Part shown: piece by piece, positions 35,973 through 48,199 of the stretch | Layout: each line of letters starts with the position of its first letter | Position numbering within the stretch: the stretch's first letter is position 1 | Assembly: GCF_000400465.1 (NCBI RefSeq) | Contig: NW_008806285.1 | Span: 82,001-144,000 of the forward strand | Length of the DNA: 62,000 nt | Source of the DNA: Wallemia ichthyophaga EXF-994 | Taxonomy: Eukaryota; Fungi; Basidiomycota | Direction: 5' to 3' | The notes under the pieces: generated by a model | What the model was told of the DNA's origin: nothing | The model's input: only the letters and a program-made list of their open reading frames with translations | The model's database searches: none | Position numbers and translations under genes: made by a program

Positions 35973-37157
35973 CTATAGACCCCCGAATATTTCGCGAAGC
36001 TTTCCCATTAGTGCGCTGGCTTTTCCATGCGGTCTCCTCGGCGACTGTTCTGGCGGAGTGTGATGATGATGATGGTGCGGTGATGGCGTCACAGCAGCTT
36101 CTCTCGCGCGCTGAAGCTCACTATCAAGCAGCAGCAAGCCTCTGCGAGTAGATGGTGGTGCTATTGCGTTATATGATTTGATCGCACCGTTCACGCGATC
36201 CAACAAAATCATGTGATACGATTGCTGACGCTGTTCCCAATCTCTATCGCGGGGTACGTACGTGGGTGTATGCGTAGGAGCATGGTCGCTTTTGCAGTCA
36301 TTTGCTGTTATGCGCCCAGTATACCTCCATCTCTTTGTGTACTCCTCACGCAGATAATTTCTCAATGACGTCACCTCGCCCTCCATCAACATCTGTAACT
36401 CGACGAACGCAGGCACAGCGCCCTGTCTACTGATAAGTCTATTCATGAGGAACTCCTCGCGATCAATGAAGGGGTTTCCTTCCGACACGCTCCCGAGCGG
36501 TTCACCTTTTCCTGGAAGATTGTTAAACTGACCTTGCCGCTGAGCGCGTTGAATCTGCACCTCCACAAGCGACTGCCATCCCTCTAGAGACTGAGGGCGA
36601 GGGCGGAACTGCGATTGTTGGTGCTCGTTGTTCTGTATGTCGTCGAGACTGCCCGTCAACGAGTAATCAATTGCGCCATCCCGCGCATTGACCAGACGAC
36701 GCTGTCTGTCTTTGGATTTCTTTGTATCACGAATCAACGCCTTTGTCTTGGAGTCGGGGTTAAGGGATTGTAATTTCTGGCGCGCCTGCGACTGGAGATT
36801 GCGGGCTCTGTAGATAGACGGCTGTTTACTGCGTGAAGCATGGGAGGGTTGCACGAACTCAGCATCCCACGGCATGAAGTTGGGGTCTGAAGGGATCAGG
36901 TTGTCTGTGGGGGATAGTGGCTGCTGTACGGTTTTGAGCTTTGAATCACCATAATGATCCTTTCTGCCGTCTCTGAGAGGTTTACGGGAGTCGATTAGCA
37001 TACGGAGTGTTGTGTGGTGTGGATGCTCGTCGCCATCCCAAGCATCTTCGGAGTGATTCGTGGGCGATAGATGTTTAGGCTGATCATTAACCTCCTTTAA
37101 AGCATCCCTGAACAACCGCCGTTTAGATTTATCGAGAAGGCTGAGCGAGTTTCGCAT
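35973..37157 (-). CDS. DUF1992 (DNAJC28 conserved domain) protein, possibly mitochondrial
   Basis: LVEVQIQRAQRQGQFNNLPGKGEPL...NPFIDREEFLMNRLISRQGAVP; first ATG (MRNSLSLLDKSKRR) at 37157. Confidence 0.8.
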   Translation of the reverse strand: MRNSLSLLDKSKRRLFRDALKEVNDQPKHLSPTNHSEDAWDGDEHPHHTTLRMLIDSRKPLRDGRKDHYGDSKLKTVQQPLSPTDNLIPSDPNFMPWDAEFVQPSHASRSKQPSIYRARNLQSQARQKLQSLNPDSKTKALIRDTKKSKDRQRRLVNARDGAIDYSLTGSLDDIQNNEHQQSQFRPRPQSLEGWQSLVEVQIQRAQRQGQFNNLPGKGEPLGSVSEGNPFIDREEFLMNRLISRQGAVPAFVELQMLMEGEVTSLRNYLREEYTKRWRYTGRITANDCKSDHAPTHTPTYVPRDRDWEQRQQSYHMILLDRVNGAIKSYNAIAPPSTRRGLLLLDSELQRAREAAVTPSPHHHHHHTPPEQSPRRPHGKASALMGKLREIFGGL

Positions 37158-37268
37158 CTGAGTGAGTAATATAGCTGTTAGTGCGCTGCTATTCAAATAT
37201 TTTATAAAATAATCAAATTTATCCAAAGTATCCAGATTTCTGGAATTTATCTTTATCGGCTTCCTCAA

Positions 37269-38156
37269 ATGCCGTCATCACCTTTGCAAGTCGTCGGTGG
37301 ACACAAAGATACAATCGAACTAGACGAGGATGATATGCTGATAAAAACTACAAACCCAACTGAACTCGATTTCTACCAGTCTGTTAACATCGCTCACTCG
37401 ATCTACCACCACATTCCACACTTCTACGGCGCGTTGAAGCTCCACAGCGCACCCAACCCTCCCAGCGCTGAAGACGCGCCTAAAGAGGTGCGTCTGTTCC
37501 ACCTAAACACACACTCTCACTCCAATTCCAGGCTATTGTCCTCGAAAACCTCACAGATTACTTCAGCATACCCAACATATGCGATATCAAACTAGGCAAG
37601 GTGCTCTATGATGACCACGCCACCCCTGAGAAGCAGCAGCGCATGGAGCAGTCCTCCATCAACACCACCAGTCATGCCACTGGCATCCGCTTCACTGGCT
37701 TCAAGGTGCGTGTCTTCTCCCTGTCTTACCTCTCTAAAATCAAGACACTAGGTTTGGAATACTGCTAAGGAGGATTATGACGTCACCGATAAGGCGTACG
37801 GCAAATCTCTCACCCCTCAACAGCTCCCTGATGCTTTGAGGAGGTTCATACCCATACCACACTCCCTCACCATCAAACAACTCAAATTCGTCGTCTCCTC
37901 TATCCATTCTCAGCTCCTTTCTGTACGTGACGCCGTCTCTCTCATGCCCTTCCGCTCTATCAGCTCCTCTATCCTCATCGTTCATGAGGCCGACTCAGAC
38001 GACTTCCTCGAAGAACAGGCTGCCATGGTCAAACTCATTGACTTTGCTCATACCAGACTGACAGACGCTGACACGCCCGATATGAATATATTGGCTGGTA
38101 TCGACACATTGATTGACCTAGTGTACAATTATAAAGAATACATTAATCAGTTGTAG
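37269..38156 (+). CDS. Inositol polyphosphate multikinase (IPK family, Arg82/Ipk2-like); two introns
   Basis: QVVGGH, PNICDIKLG, GIRFTGFK, SSILIVHE, VKLIDFAHT. Confidence 0.9.
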
Positions 38157-38177
38157 ACTATCTTGGTATTTGGTATA

Positions 38178-40116
38178 TTATTGTCTCGCTCTTGCTCTCG
38201 GCGCCTTGTTTTCATCGTTAGTTTCTCTCGTCTCACTAGTTTCGGTTATGTGCAGCTTCTCAGCCAGGCCTCTGATTTTGATTGATGCGCTTCTCTTGCG
38301 CTCTCTGTGATTTTTGGAGATACTGCCATACCTCTCCAATCCCCACAGCATCACTTCACTCTTCCCCACCTTGACTTTATCGAGATTGAGGCCCTGTTTT
38401 TCCATCTCATTGAGAAAAATTTTGAAGTGATTCTGTGAAGCAATGTGTGTTAATTTGGTTTATTTAAGCACTCGCCCACTCGCAACTCACTATGGAAGAT
38501 CTGTAATGTCCACTCAGCGGACTAAGCGCTGAAATTTGACCATTTCGCACCCTAATCAACCCCGCACTTGAGACAAGGCCGCCAGAGAGGAAGGACGAGT
38601 GCTGAAAAGTCCCTGTCGATTTGATCCCAACAAACATATTATCTGGGAGGTTGCCGGCTGGTTAGATGGTCCATGGCGCATTCTAACACCCACACTGCAT
38701 ATCAGACACCTGCGCAGTTCACGTCAGACATGATCCACTCTCAAACACACTCATCTTCACTTACATATATCCACGTATTCTTTCCGACAGTTTTACGCAG
38801 AAGCCTATCCATGATACCACGCGCTGTGTATTTATGGTGAGTTTTGTCATCCTTCTTGTCATCTAAATCAATCATGTCATGGGCGTGTTCATATGCATCG
38901 TCGCGCTCTCTCTGCGCAATCTCATCATCATCATCAGAGCTGGAGGGGGAGTCAAACGATGTCCACACGGAGCTATCTTCGCTGATAGACGACCTGTTAT
39001 CTTGTGCATGCTGCTGATACTGTTCACACTGCCCACCCTCGAAGCCTTCCTGAAGTGGTATTATCCCAGACCCATCTCCAGAATCCTGCCATCTGTCCGG
39101 AGCTGTATCCACCGCTTCACCATTTTTTGCCCAGTGCAGCAGACCTGTCAAAGGATTAGGCACTACGAGGTAGCTGTTATGTGTTAAATCGCGTTCAAAA
39201 CCACTCTAAACCCACTTCAGGCGCTGTTCAGCAGAGCAGTAAAAGATCTGCTCTTTGTCCAATCGCTCACGCGGGCATTCATCGAGATCGAGGTGGGTGC
39301 CCTCACCGTAATCGAGCCTGAGACCAGGTGAAAACGTTAGCATCAAGCACCGTCCGCCAAAAGGCACGCAACTCACCACCGGAAAAAGTTATCAGATGTA
39401 CCTGAAACCGACCATAATTTATGGTAGCATTTTAAATTAACACCATAACGATGTTTTGTGTCAATCATTTCGAGCCAGTGCTGCTCTTCTAGTCGCTTTG
39501 ATTGTTTTTCCTGTAATGCCTGCGTGGGTTTCTGGTCAGGACCTACGCGTCCCTGCAGGCGTCTTTCCACATCCCTCTTCTTGGATTTGGCTTTAGAAAT
39601 GAATTTAAGATTTAGGACCTTCTCAGCCGCTCCTTCTTTACCGCCGTTCTCTTCTTTCTTCGTAAGCATCTCTTGCACTTTCGCAGAGACTTGTTTTGGG
39701 TCTTGATCTTGGTCTTGGTATTGGTCTCTCGAGGACAGGCCATCGTGCAGGCGCGACGCGAAGAATCCAGCTCTTTGGAAACGTTCTGTCGCGCTGTTGC
39801 GCCGTGCACTCGTCTGGCTCAGCACTGCCTCCTTCATTTTGAGATCTGCAACGGGCGATAAGCTGTGCTGATACAGAGAGCAACATGCAATGTGCTTACC
39901 GGTTAAAATTTCTAAGAATGCGTCAGATACACCACACACAAAATTCCTCACCTACCTGACCATCTCGTTGCTGCTGCCAATCGCTGCTGCTGCACTTGGA
40001 TCCTATCAAGGCGACCCCTGAAAACAGCCTATAGTTGCGCTTAGAGTATCTCGAGACCCTGCTTGTGACCCCACCTGTATCTTAATCGCCGCTTGTTCTG
40101 CTTTCTCGTCGTTCAT
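38178..40116 (-). CDS. IQ calmodulin-binding motif protein (IQM-like family), multi-intron, with 16-nt micro-exon 38694-38709
   Basis: AAIKIQ|AVFRGRLDR IQ motif; HWLEMIDTKHRYGVNLK; KNTWIY|VSDMQ|YNMFVGIK...FQHSSFLSGG...AG...LSPLSGHY. Confidence 0.85.
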
Positions 40117-40182
40117 TTCTCCTACCTCGCTGCGGCTGCGTGAGAGTTTAATTATAGATACATGCTTTTATGTACAAAAATC

Positions 40183-41673
40183 CTAGATAAAATCTATAAA
40201 AGTACGCGTGGGATCACTCTCGTCGTGTGGTATGTACTTGGGGAACTGCACTTGCTTTGTCAGACACTCAGTTTTCTTGGCATCCACCACACTTACCCAG
40301 TGATTAGCAGCCACGTTCGGCGACACTAGCTGCTGGGGAATCTTGAGACCACCGGGCTGTGATATAGCGGCTGTCAGAGACGTGGGCGACAGCTGCCCGT
40401 TGTTCTCGCTTTTCGCCGGCTTAGAGCAGCAGCTGGGAGGAGCGTCAACCTTTGGTATGTCCAATTTGAGACTATTTGATTGAGTTGGTAGCGTGAGTGT
40501 ATTCGTACTTGCACTTGCACTTGCACTCGAGCTCGGATTACCATTCGCCTCTGCTTCGCAATTGCACGACGTGCAGCAACCGCAGCAGCTCTCCTCACAC
40601 CTGCATTCCACGCCCAAAGCCTGGCACTGGCAGCTCCCGCCACAGCATTCAGTCTCTAAGGGAGGTAGTCTCGTTATGCCCCTGTTGCGTGGATCGTAGA
40701 GCTGCTGCCAGCTCTGCAGCCCAAGTGTTCCGCCATCTACATAGCTATCGATATTGCTGCTAATACCTTGCGGCGGAAAAGGAACTAAAGAGCTAGCCTT
40801 CTGTAGAAACTCCTCCAAATTGCCGCACTCTGACTTCTTGAGCAGCTCGTGCACGTTGATCTCGTCACACCCACACGTAGCGCTCTCTTCCGGAGTATAG
40901 TTTGGTGCTTCTGCTTGGGTTTCGGTCTGTGCAGGCAGAGGAGGGTTTCTGTGAGTGAGACAGCCGGGACATGCACACGAAGGCCCACACGAGCAATGCC
41001 CAATGACGTCGGCGATAGACGGCAGCATATTAGTTACGAATGCGCGCTTCTTTTCGGAGCAGTTGCAGCGGCCGCCTACTTTGCATCTGCAGGGATTCAT
41101 CAGGCGCTCGAGTGAAATCATGCTTGGCTCGCCCTCTTTCTGTGCTTGTGGGGGGAGAAGGCTGGAGTAAGCGTCTTTCAAGCCATTAGGGTAGTGTGCT
41201 TGAGGGGGCAAGGGAGCTCTCTCGCCTTTTTTTAGTTTGCGCGGTGGTGGGCCATCCTTGCCATTACCGTTACAATTGCTCTTAGGCGCAGGTTCTTGCC
41301 GGTCCTGGCAAACGCATTTGGAGCTGCTCTGGGGAGTGTAAGGATGGTAATATCTTAGTATCCTTATCACCACGACTCACATTGCCATCCTTGCGCTGAT
41401 CCTTGCATTTGGTACACTGCGCCGGCGGTCTGCCCTTTCTCTTCACTTCAAAAAGCGGGCGATCGTCATGGGCGCACGAGGAGGATCTGTGGCCTGGTGA
41501 ACGTTAGTATGGCTGCGCTGGGCCGCTCAACTAACCCTTTATACAAGTCGCGCTGCGAAGTGTTAGCAGATAAAGACGAGGAATTTACAGACAAACCACG
41601 CCAATTTAACGCCATTTATGAAAGGCTTTGGGAAGTTAGTGAGGATACGTCGCTTGCTGATATCACTCACCAT
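40183..41673 (-). CDS. Copper-fist transcription factor (Ace1/Mac1/Cuf1 family) with Cys-rich C-terminal clusters
   Basis: Spliced M|PFINGVKLAC|ATCIKG|HRSSSCAHDDRPLFEVKRKGRPPAQCTKC; introns 41626-41670, 41553-41596, 41494-41535, 41329-41380. Confidence 0.9.
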
Positions 41674-42056
41674 CCCTGCCTATCTCAGTTTGATGTGATG
41701 ATGTGAGCGAAGAAAGAGTCAAGGCTGGATAGTATTTTGTTTATTCGCACGGCTAGCAAAGGGAATTCGAATAGCAGCTACAACAGTCTAGCGGATGTTG
41801 AAATCCATTACCCGATTACAGCCGCGAGATGGCTTTGGTATTTGAAGTGTATGCGTAGTAATAAGGGTTTTAGTCTTAATTAGACATATCTGCACTCTCT
41901 TAATCCGAACAGTCTAAAGCTCTCAAGAATTGATCATCCATCACGACGAAAATCTTCATTCCACCTCAAAAAATAAAGAAATTAAGTTATTGTTCATTGT
42001 TTCACTAATTAGATCCCCAAAAGGGAGAATACAAGGGTTAATAAGTAGTGATCGCC

Positions 42057-42432
42057 TTAGATGACAGAGATTGGAGTACAGCCCTTGAGAGTGTGTTAGA
42101 CAGTATGTTAGATCGAAGAAGCGAGTACACACCAAGTTGGCAAGTCCATTTTGGGTTTGACCGCTGCAGCAAGCAGAGGTGGTCTTACATTGGTTAGAGA
42201 TTGGTACACCAACGACGGCCGCGACTTGGTCACATTGCAATCCAACTTGGCCAGCCAATTCGTCGATACCGAGCAACTCGAGGGTAGCGGTGTCGATGGA
42301 TGAGGCATCCTTGACTTGGTTACAGCACTTGACGTTGCTGGTTGAGCAGTCGCCTGCTCTCATTTGAAGGTTCGATGCAAGGGATGCTGAGAAGAAAGCA
42401 GTGGCAGTGAGGGCGATGGTTGAGAATTGCAT
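42057..42432 (-). CDS. Class I hydrophobin (intron 42084-42132)
   Basis: Signal peptide MQFSTIALTATAFFSA; eight Cys spaced C-x6-CC-x29-C-x14-C-x5-CC-x12-C, the eighth supplied by exon 2 (GCTPISVI*). Confidence 0.93.
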
Positions 42433-42484
42433 TGTTGAAGACTTGAGTGTTATGAGTTGAAGAACTGGGATGATAATGGCACGG

Positions 42485-42492
42485 TATTTATA
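42485..42492 (-). promoter_or_regulatory. TATA box of the hydrophobin gene
   Basis: TATAAATA on the minus strand about 53 nt upstream of the ATG. Confidence 0.6.
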
Positions 42493-43054
42493 CTCTCGCA
42501 GGTAAATTGAATTAATTTGTGACAATGTTTCGGCGAACTCGAACATTAGAACCTCGACTCGAATAGGAAAGTGAGACAGGAAGTATATTAAATTTGGTTC
42601 CATACGCGGTTAGCTACACTTAAGTAGTTAAATTGGGTCACAAACACGCCTAATGATGCTTACTTGATTCGCCGCTTTAAAATTGCATAAACACGTAAAT
42701 CGCAACAATGAGGAGGAGATGGCGTATGTATTGGGGTGCTACCGAACCATACAAAGTACAGACAGTGCTTCGATACTCAAAGTTAGATCAAATCGATTGC
42801 GTCAGAGGTGCTCGCACACAAGCCAACTCCCAGCGCTCACAAAGCCTCAAAACACTGTGACTTGCCAGTCTATTCACACCAAACACTTCGAGGCCCCTGT
42901 AATATAGCGACGTTGACCAAACCACATCCCAATTTAGCGACGTGAAATGAGACACAGACCTGTAGAAATGCATATGTGGACAATTTTACAAACCACTCCA
43001 CACCAACTGCACACGTGATGACAACGCCTGCTCGCTCTTAACTACCGTTAAGCG

Positions 43055-44712
43055 ATGATGCTCGCTAAAGTGCCCTTGTCGAGCAGGCGACTATACACTC
43101 CGTTGAGCATTACGACGAGACTAATACACACTTCAAAAATGACAAGTGCTCCTGTGAGTTGACTGTGCGCTACAGTCTCCGCCGCGCTGACGCCATCACA
43201 GCAACTCAGCAACGCATCACTCTGGCAAACCAAGGGATTCATAAATAACCAATGGGTCGACAGCGAAAATGGCGCTACGTTCCAAGTCACTGATCCTGGC
43301 AACGGCAACAACCTCGGCTCTGTTCCAGAGATGGGTGTCGCCGAGACACGTAGAGCCATCGATGCCGCCGGCGAGGCGTACAAGACCTTCTCCAAGACTA
43401 CGGCCAAATCCAGACAAGATCTTCTCAACAGAATCTTCGCACTTATCAGTCAGAATGCCGACGATTTGGCCAAGATTGTCACCGTTGAGAACGGTAAACC
43501 ACTAGCAGATGCCAAGGTGAGTTTGGAGTGTGTGTATGTGTGCATATCGATTTAAACTCACACGCAATCCAGGGCGAAGTCGGATATGGTAACAGCTTCT
43601 TTGAGTGGTTCGCAGGCGAAGCAGTGAGGACATACGGCGATGTAGTCCCAGCAGCCAATCCAGACCTTCGCAATATCGTTATAAAGCAACCTATCGGTGT
43701 TTGTGGCATCCTCACTCCCTGGAACTTCCCAGTCGCGATGATAACGCGCAAATTAGCACCAGCAATCGCTGCAGGTTGCACAGCTGTGATTAAAACACCA
43801 GCAGAGACTCCATACTCTGCCCTGGCTATCGCACACCTCTGTAAAGAAGCAGGTGTGCCAGCCGGTGTAGTTAACGTCATTACGACCGACAAGAATGTCG
43901 CTCAAGTCGGCAAGGAGATTTGCGAGAACGGAATCGTCAAGAAAGTGTCCTTCACAGGCTCTACACGTGTCGGTAAAATTCTCATGCAACAATCGAGCAA
44001 CACGCTGAAGAAGCTGTCATTCGAACTCGGCGGAAATGCGCCTTTCATCGTTTTCGATGATGCTGATATAGATGCCGCTGTTGCTGGTGCACTTGCATGT
44101 AAATTCAGATCATCTGGTCAGACATGCGTCTGTGCGAACAGAATCTACGTACAGTCAGCTGTTTACGCCGAATTCGCCTCTCGTCTCGCTGAGAAAGTTG
44201 ATCAGTTCAAACTCGGTTATGGACTCGACGAGGGTACGACACATGGTCCACTCATCGCTGAGAGAGCCCTTGACAAGGTGCAGGAGCATGTTGATGACGC
44301 CGTCAAGCGCGGTGCAGAGGTGCTCAGCGGTGGTAAGAAACTCGGTGGCAATTATTTCGCCCCTACCGTCCTCGCTAATGTCCCATCTGACGCTCTGGTC
44401 AACTGCGACGAGACTTTCGGCCCCCTTGCTGCACTTACCAAATTCGACACAGAAGAACAAGTCGTCAAGCTGGCTAATGATGTAAACGTCGGTTTGGCTG
44501 GATACATGTATTCGCGCGATATCGGTCGCGTATGGCGCGTGTCGGAGGCACTCGAAGTGGGCATGATCGGTGCTAACGCTCCTATTCTCTCACAAGCATG
44601 CATTCCATTCGGTGGCCAGAAGGAGAGTGGTTTCGGTAGAGAAGGTGGTAAGCAGGGCATAGAGGAGTATCAAACTACCAAGTTGATTGCTATGGGCGGT
44701 GTCACTGTGTAA
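43055..44712 (+). CDS. UGA2: Succinate-semialdehyde dehydrogenase (ALDH5/GabD-like), two introns
   Basis: TPWNFPVAMITRK, FTGSTRVG, FELGGNAP, catalytic GQTCVC, ETFGP, PFGGQKESGFGREG. Confidence 0.92.
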
Positions 44713-44780
44713 TTTGGACTGTATAGTATATTCAACGAATGAATGTCTTTTGATAGCATAATGAAGCATGTTATTCCGTT

Positions 44781-45791
44781 TTATTCTGGTGGATATGCGT
44801 CTGCATTGGTACAGACTGACCTGCTGAGTGTCTGATCGAAGTACGGCCTGCACAAGTGCATCAGAGTGTGTAAAGCAGCATATGTGCATACTTACCCCAC
44901 GTGCGCTTCTTTGGAGCGTTGGAAGATGTTAAACTTATCAGTGCATCTGTCGTCCTCGCGCCCGATGCAGTGTGCAGCAGGTGTAGGTATATCATTTTCG
45001 TCTTGCTTGGGTATGTAGACCTCCCCTGCGTAATGCTTGTATGGCCAACCAGGGAGGTGAGGTACTTTATCATTCTGGTTTGTAACACGTGCCCTCTTAT
45101 CCAGTGGTATAGTCTTTTCCAACAATCCAGCAAACTGCTCATTGCCCACGCGAGGACTACCGAAAGTGGTCAGACGCAGATCATACCCTCGATCTTTGAC
45201 GATGCTGCTAAGGGCGACAGCTTCAATAGCCGCGCTAGCAGCACCCATGGAATGGCCTTCGAACCGCACCACACTAATCTTATCACCAAGCCTATCCATC
45301 GCTGCTATCAGTCTCTTCTTCAATTCCTCGTATGTCTTATTAACTGAGCGCAGAAACCCAGAGTGCACAGAAATTCCAGCAGAGCTGTTTACGCCCATAT
45401 CATCTAAAAGGACAGCGTCTATTGCCGTCAGGAAGAAATTAGCGTCGATAAGCACGCTAAGGAAGCTTGAGAAATTGGTGGGGGAGTGTGCTACAACCAA
45501 AGCGTTTTCTGAGTGGACATGCATCAGATATATCCACGGGTCGCGCTCGCCGTCTCCATCCGAGTAGAGAATCTCCGCACCGGCGTCACTGAGCTTGTCG
45601 CATGCAGGGCCACAGTCAAAGGCAGTCACAGCACGACTTCCACAGGACACAGCACCCGATACGACCGCTGAGGAGATGTAGCGGGCAGCTTGCTCGTCTG
45701 TTACGGGAGAGAGCTCTTGCTGACGGGCGATGAGCGCGGGAACAGCAGCAGCCCAAGCGCAGAGAGCGAGTAATAGAAGTACCAGCCTCAT
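44781..45791 (-). CDS. Secreted class 3 lipase (one 3' intron)
   Basis: Signal peptide MRLVLLLLALCAWA, GHSMG, TFGSPRVGN, NQNDKVPHLP, spliced AHVG|PYFD supplying the catalytic His region. Confidence 0.9.
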
Positions 45792-46056
45792 ACAGGAAGT
45801 TTAGGTTTTGATTAAAGAGCTTTGATTTAGTCTAGATAAGCCGGTCTGCATGCCTAAGTGCATTCTTCGCAGCATAGGACACTAGCGGAAGAGGAAGCGG
45901 GATATGTACAGAATGGCTACAAGTACAACACACACAAAAAGATACAGCGATTTATGAAATCACGTTATGTCATTTGCTCAATTTTAACTTTGGTCTGAGG
46001 AGCAACTAAAATTTCTTCCCACTCGAACGTCAACGTCCAGTCAAACGATAACTAAA

Positions 46057-47959
46057 ATGGCTCCACTGTCAGCATCAAAGGCTAAGAGACAGCAAGATAA
46101 GGAGGCTAAGGCTGCCGCCAAAGGACAATCCACCACCAAGTCCTCAAAGTCTGGCACTGATTCTACTGGGATTACTGATGGTAGCGATGTAAAGAAGCTC
46201 TCCGTAGCTGCTGATAGGTCGGTCTGGAATGCTTAGCCACTCTCCGTCTAACACCTTCCACAGATCCACTGCTGGTGTTCTCGTTTCTGATCCAAAGGGA
46301 CGTGACGTTAAGCTTGATGGTTTCACTCTCTCTTTCCACGGACGTCTTCTCATTGAATCCGCTGAAGTTTCCCTCAACTACGGTCAACGTTATGGTCTTC
46401 TTGGTGAAAACGGCTCCGGTAAAACTACCTTCCTGGAAGCATTGGCAGAGCGTGATATCGAAATCCCTGAGCACATTGATATTCACTTGGTAGCAGGTGA
46501 GGCTGACCCTAGTGATGTTAACGCTATGGACTTCATTATCGCATCCGCAAAGGAGAAGGTCGCACGTCTTGAGCAACAGATCGAAGATATGTCCACTGAG
46601 GACAATGTCGATGAATTGGCTTTGGAGTCAAAGATGGAGGAACTTGATGAACTTGACCCATCAACTTTCGAAGCTAGAGCTGGTCTCATTCTTACCGGTC
46701 TTGGTTTCTCTCTTCAAATGATGAACAAACCAACCAAGGATATGTCTGGTGGTTGGAGAATGCGTGTTACTCTCGCCCGTGCTCTTTTCATCAAACCTCA
46801 CTTACTCTTGCTCGATGAGCCAACTAACCACTTGGATTTGGAAGCCGTCGTTTGGCTTGAAGCTTATCTCTCTACTTACAACCACATTCTTGTCATCACT
46901 TCTCACTCTGCTGATTTCATGGACAGTGTCTGTACCAACATCATGGATCTCACCAACAAGCGTAAACTCCAATACTACGGTGGTAACTACTCCATCTACT
47001 GCCGTACCAAGGCTGAAAATGAAACAAACCAAATGAAAGCATACGCTAAGCAGCAAGAAGAAATTCAGCACATTAAGAAGTTCATTGCTTCTGCTGGTAC
47101 TTATGCTAACTTGGTTAGACAAGCTAAGTCTAAGCAAAAGATTATCGATAAGATGGAGGCTGCTGGTTTAATTGAACCTGTCTCTCAAGCAAGACCATTG
47201 AGATTCAACTTTGAAGACATTAGAAAATTACCACCACCAATTATTGCATTCAATGATGTCGCATTCTCTTACTCTGGTAAACCTGAAGACTACCTCTACA
47301 AAGATCTCTCATTCGGTATTGATATGGACTCACGTATCGCTATCGTTGGTCAGAATGGTACTGGTAAATCTACTCTTTTAAACCTCATCACTGGTCACCT
47401 CCAATCTGTCGATGGTACCGTGTCAAGACACGCAGGTTTGAAGCTTGGTAAATACTCTCAACACTCTGCTGATCAACTTCCATACGACAAGACTCCTGTT
47501 GAACACTTGGAGGCATCTTACAAGGAGAAATTCCCTAACAAAGATTATCAATTCTGGCGTTCTCAGCTTGGTAGATTCGGTATTTCAGGTGCACACCAAA
47601 CAGCTCCAATTGCTCACTTGTCTGATGGTTTGAGAAACCGTGTCGTTTTCTCCATGTTGGCTATGGATCAACCTCACATTCTTCTCCTCGATGAGCCTAC
47701 TAACCACTTGGATATGGAATCTATCGATGCTCTTGCACTTGCAGTCAAGGAATTTGAAGGTGGTGTAGTTATTGTCTCTCACGACTTCAGATTGATTTCT
47801 CAAGTCGCTGAAGAATTATGGGAAGTTAAGGATCGCAAGATCTACAACCTTTCTAAGTCCGAAATTGACATTCAACAATACAAGTCTATGCTTCAAAAGA
47901 AATCTGAAGTTTCACTTGAGAAGGCTAAGCTTGGTGGTGCAGGTAAAACCAAGGCTTAG
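46057..47959 (+). CDS. ARB1: ABC-F ATPase (ABCF2/Arb1), one intron near 46216-46263
   Basis: GENGSGKT, MSGGWRMR, LLLLDEPTNHLD twice, GQNGTGKS, LSDGLRNR; no transmembrane segments. Confidence 0.95.
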
Positions 47960-48199
47960 ATTTGCATTACATTATAAAACTTCTAGCAGCTATTTTTATA
48001 TTAATTTCTTTCTCATTCATATTATGTACATCTTACAACAACTGGACTGTTTTGATCATGGGCTCAGGGTAATACAAACTGCTCGATAATGATGCGAATG
48101 GTTTTGACAAGCAAAGAGGTACGTTTCAATCCTTCTCGACTTTTTCGGCGGGGGCGATCTTCCACATTGTCCCTCATTTCAGTCTGTCTCTTTGATTGA

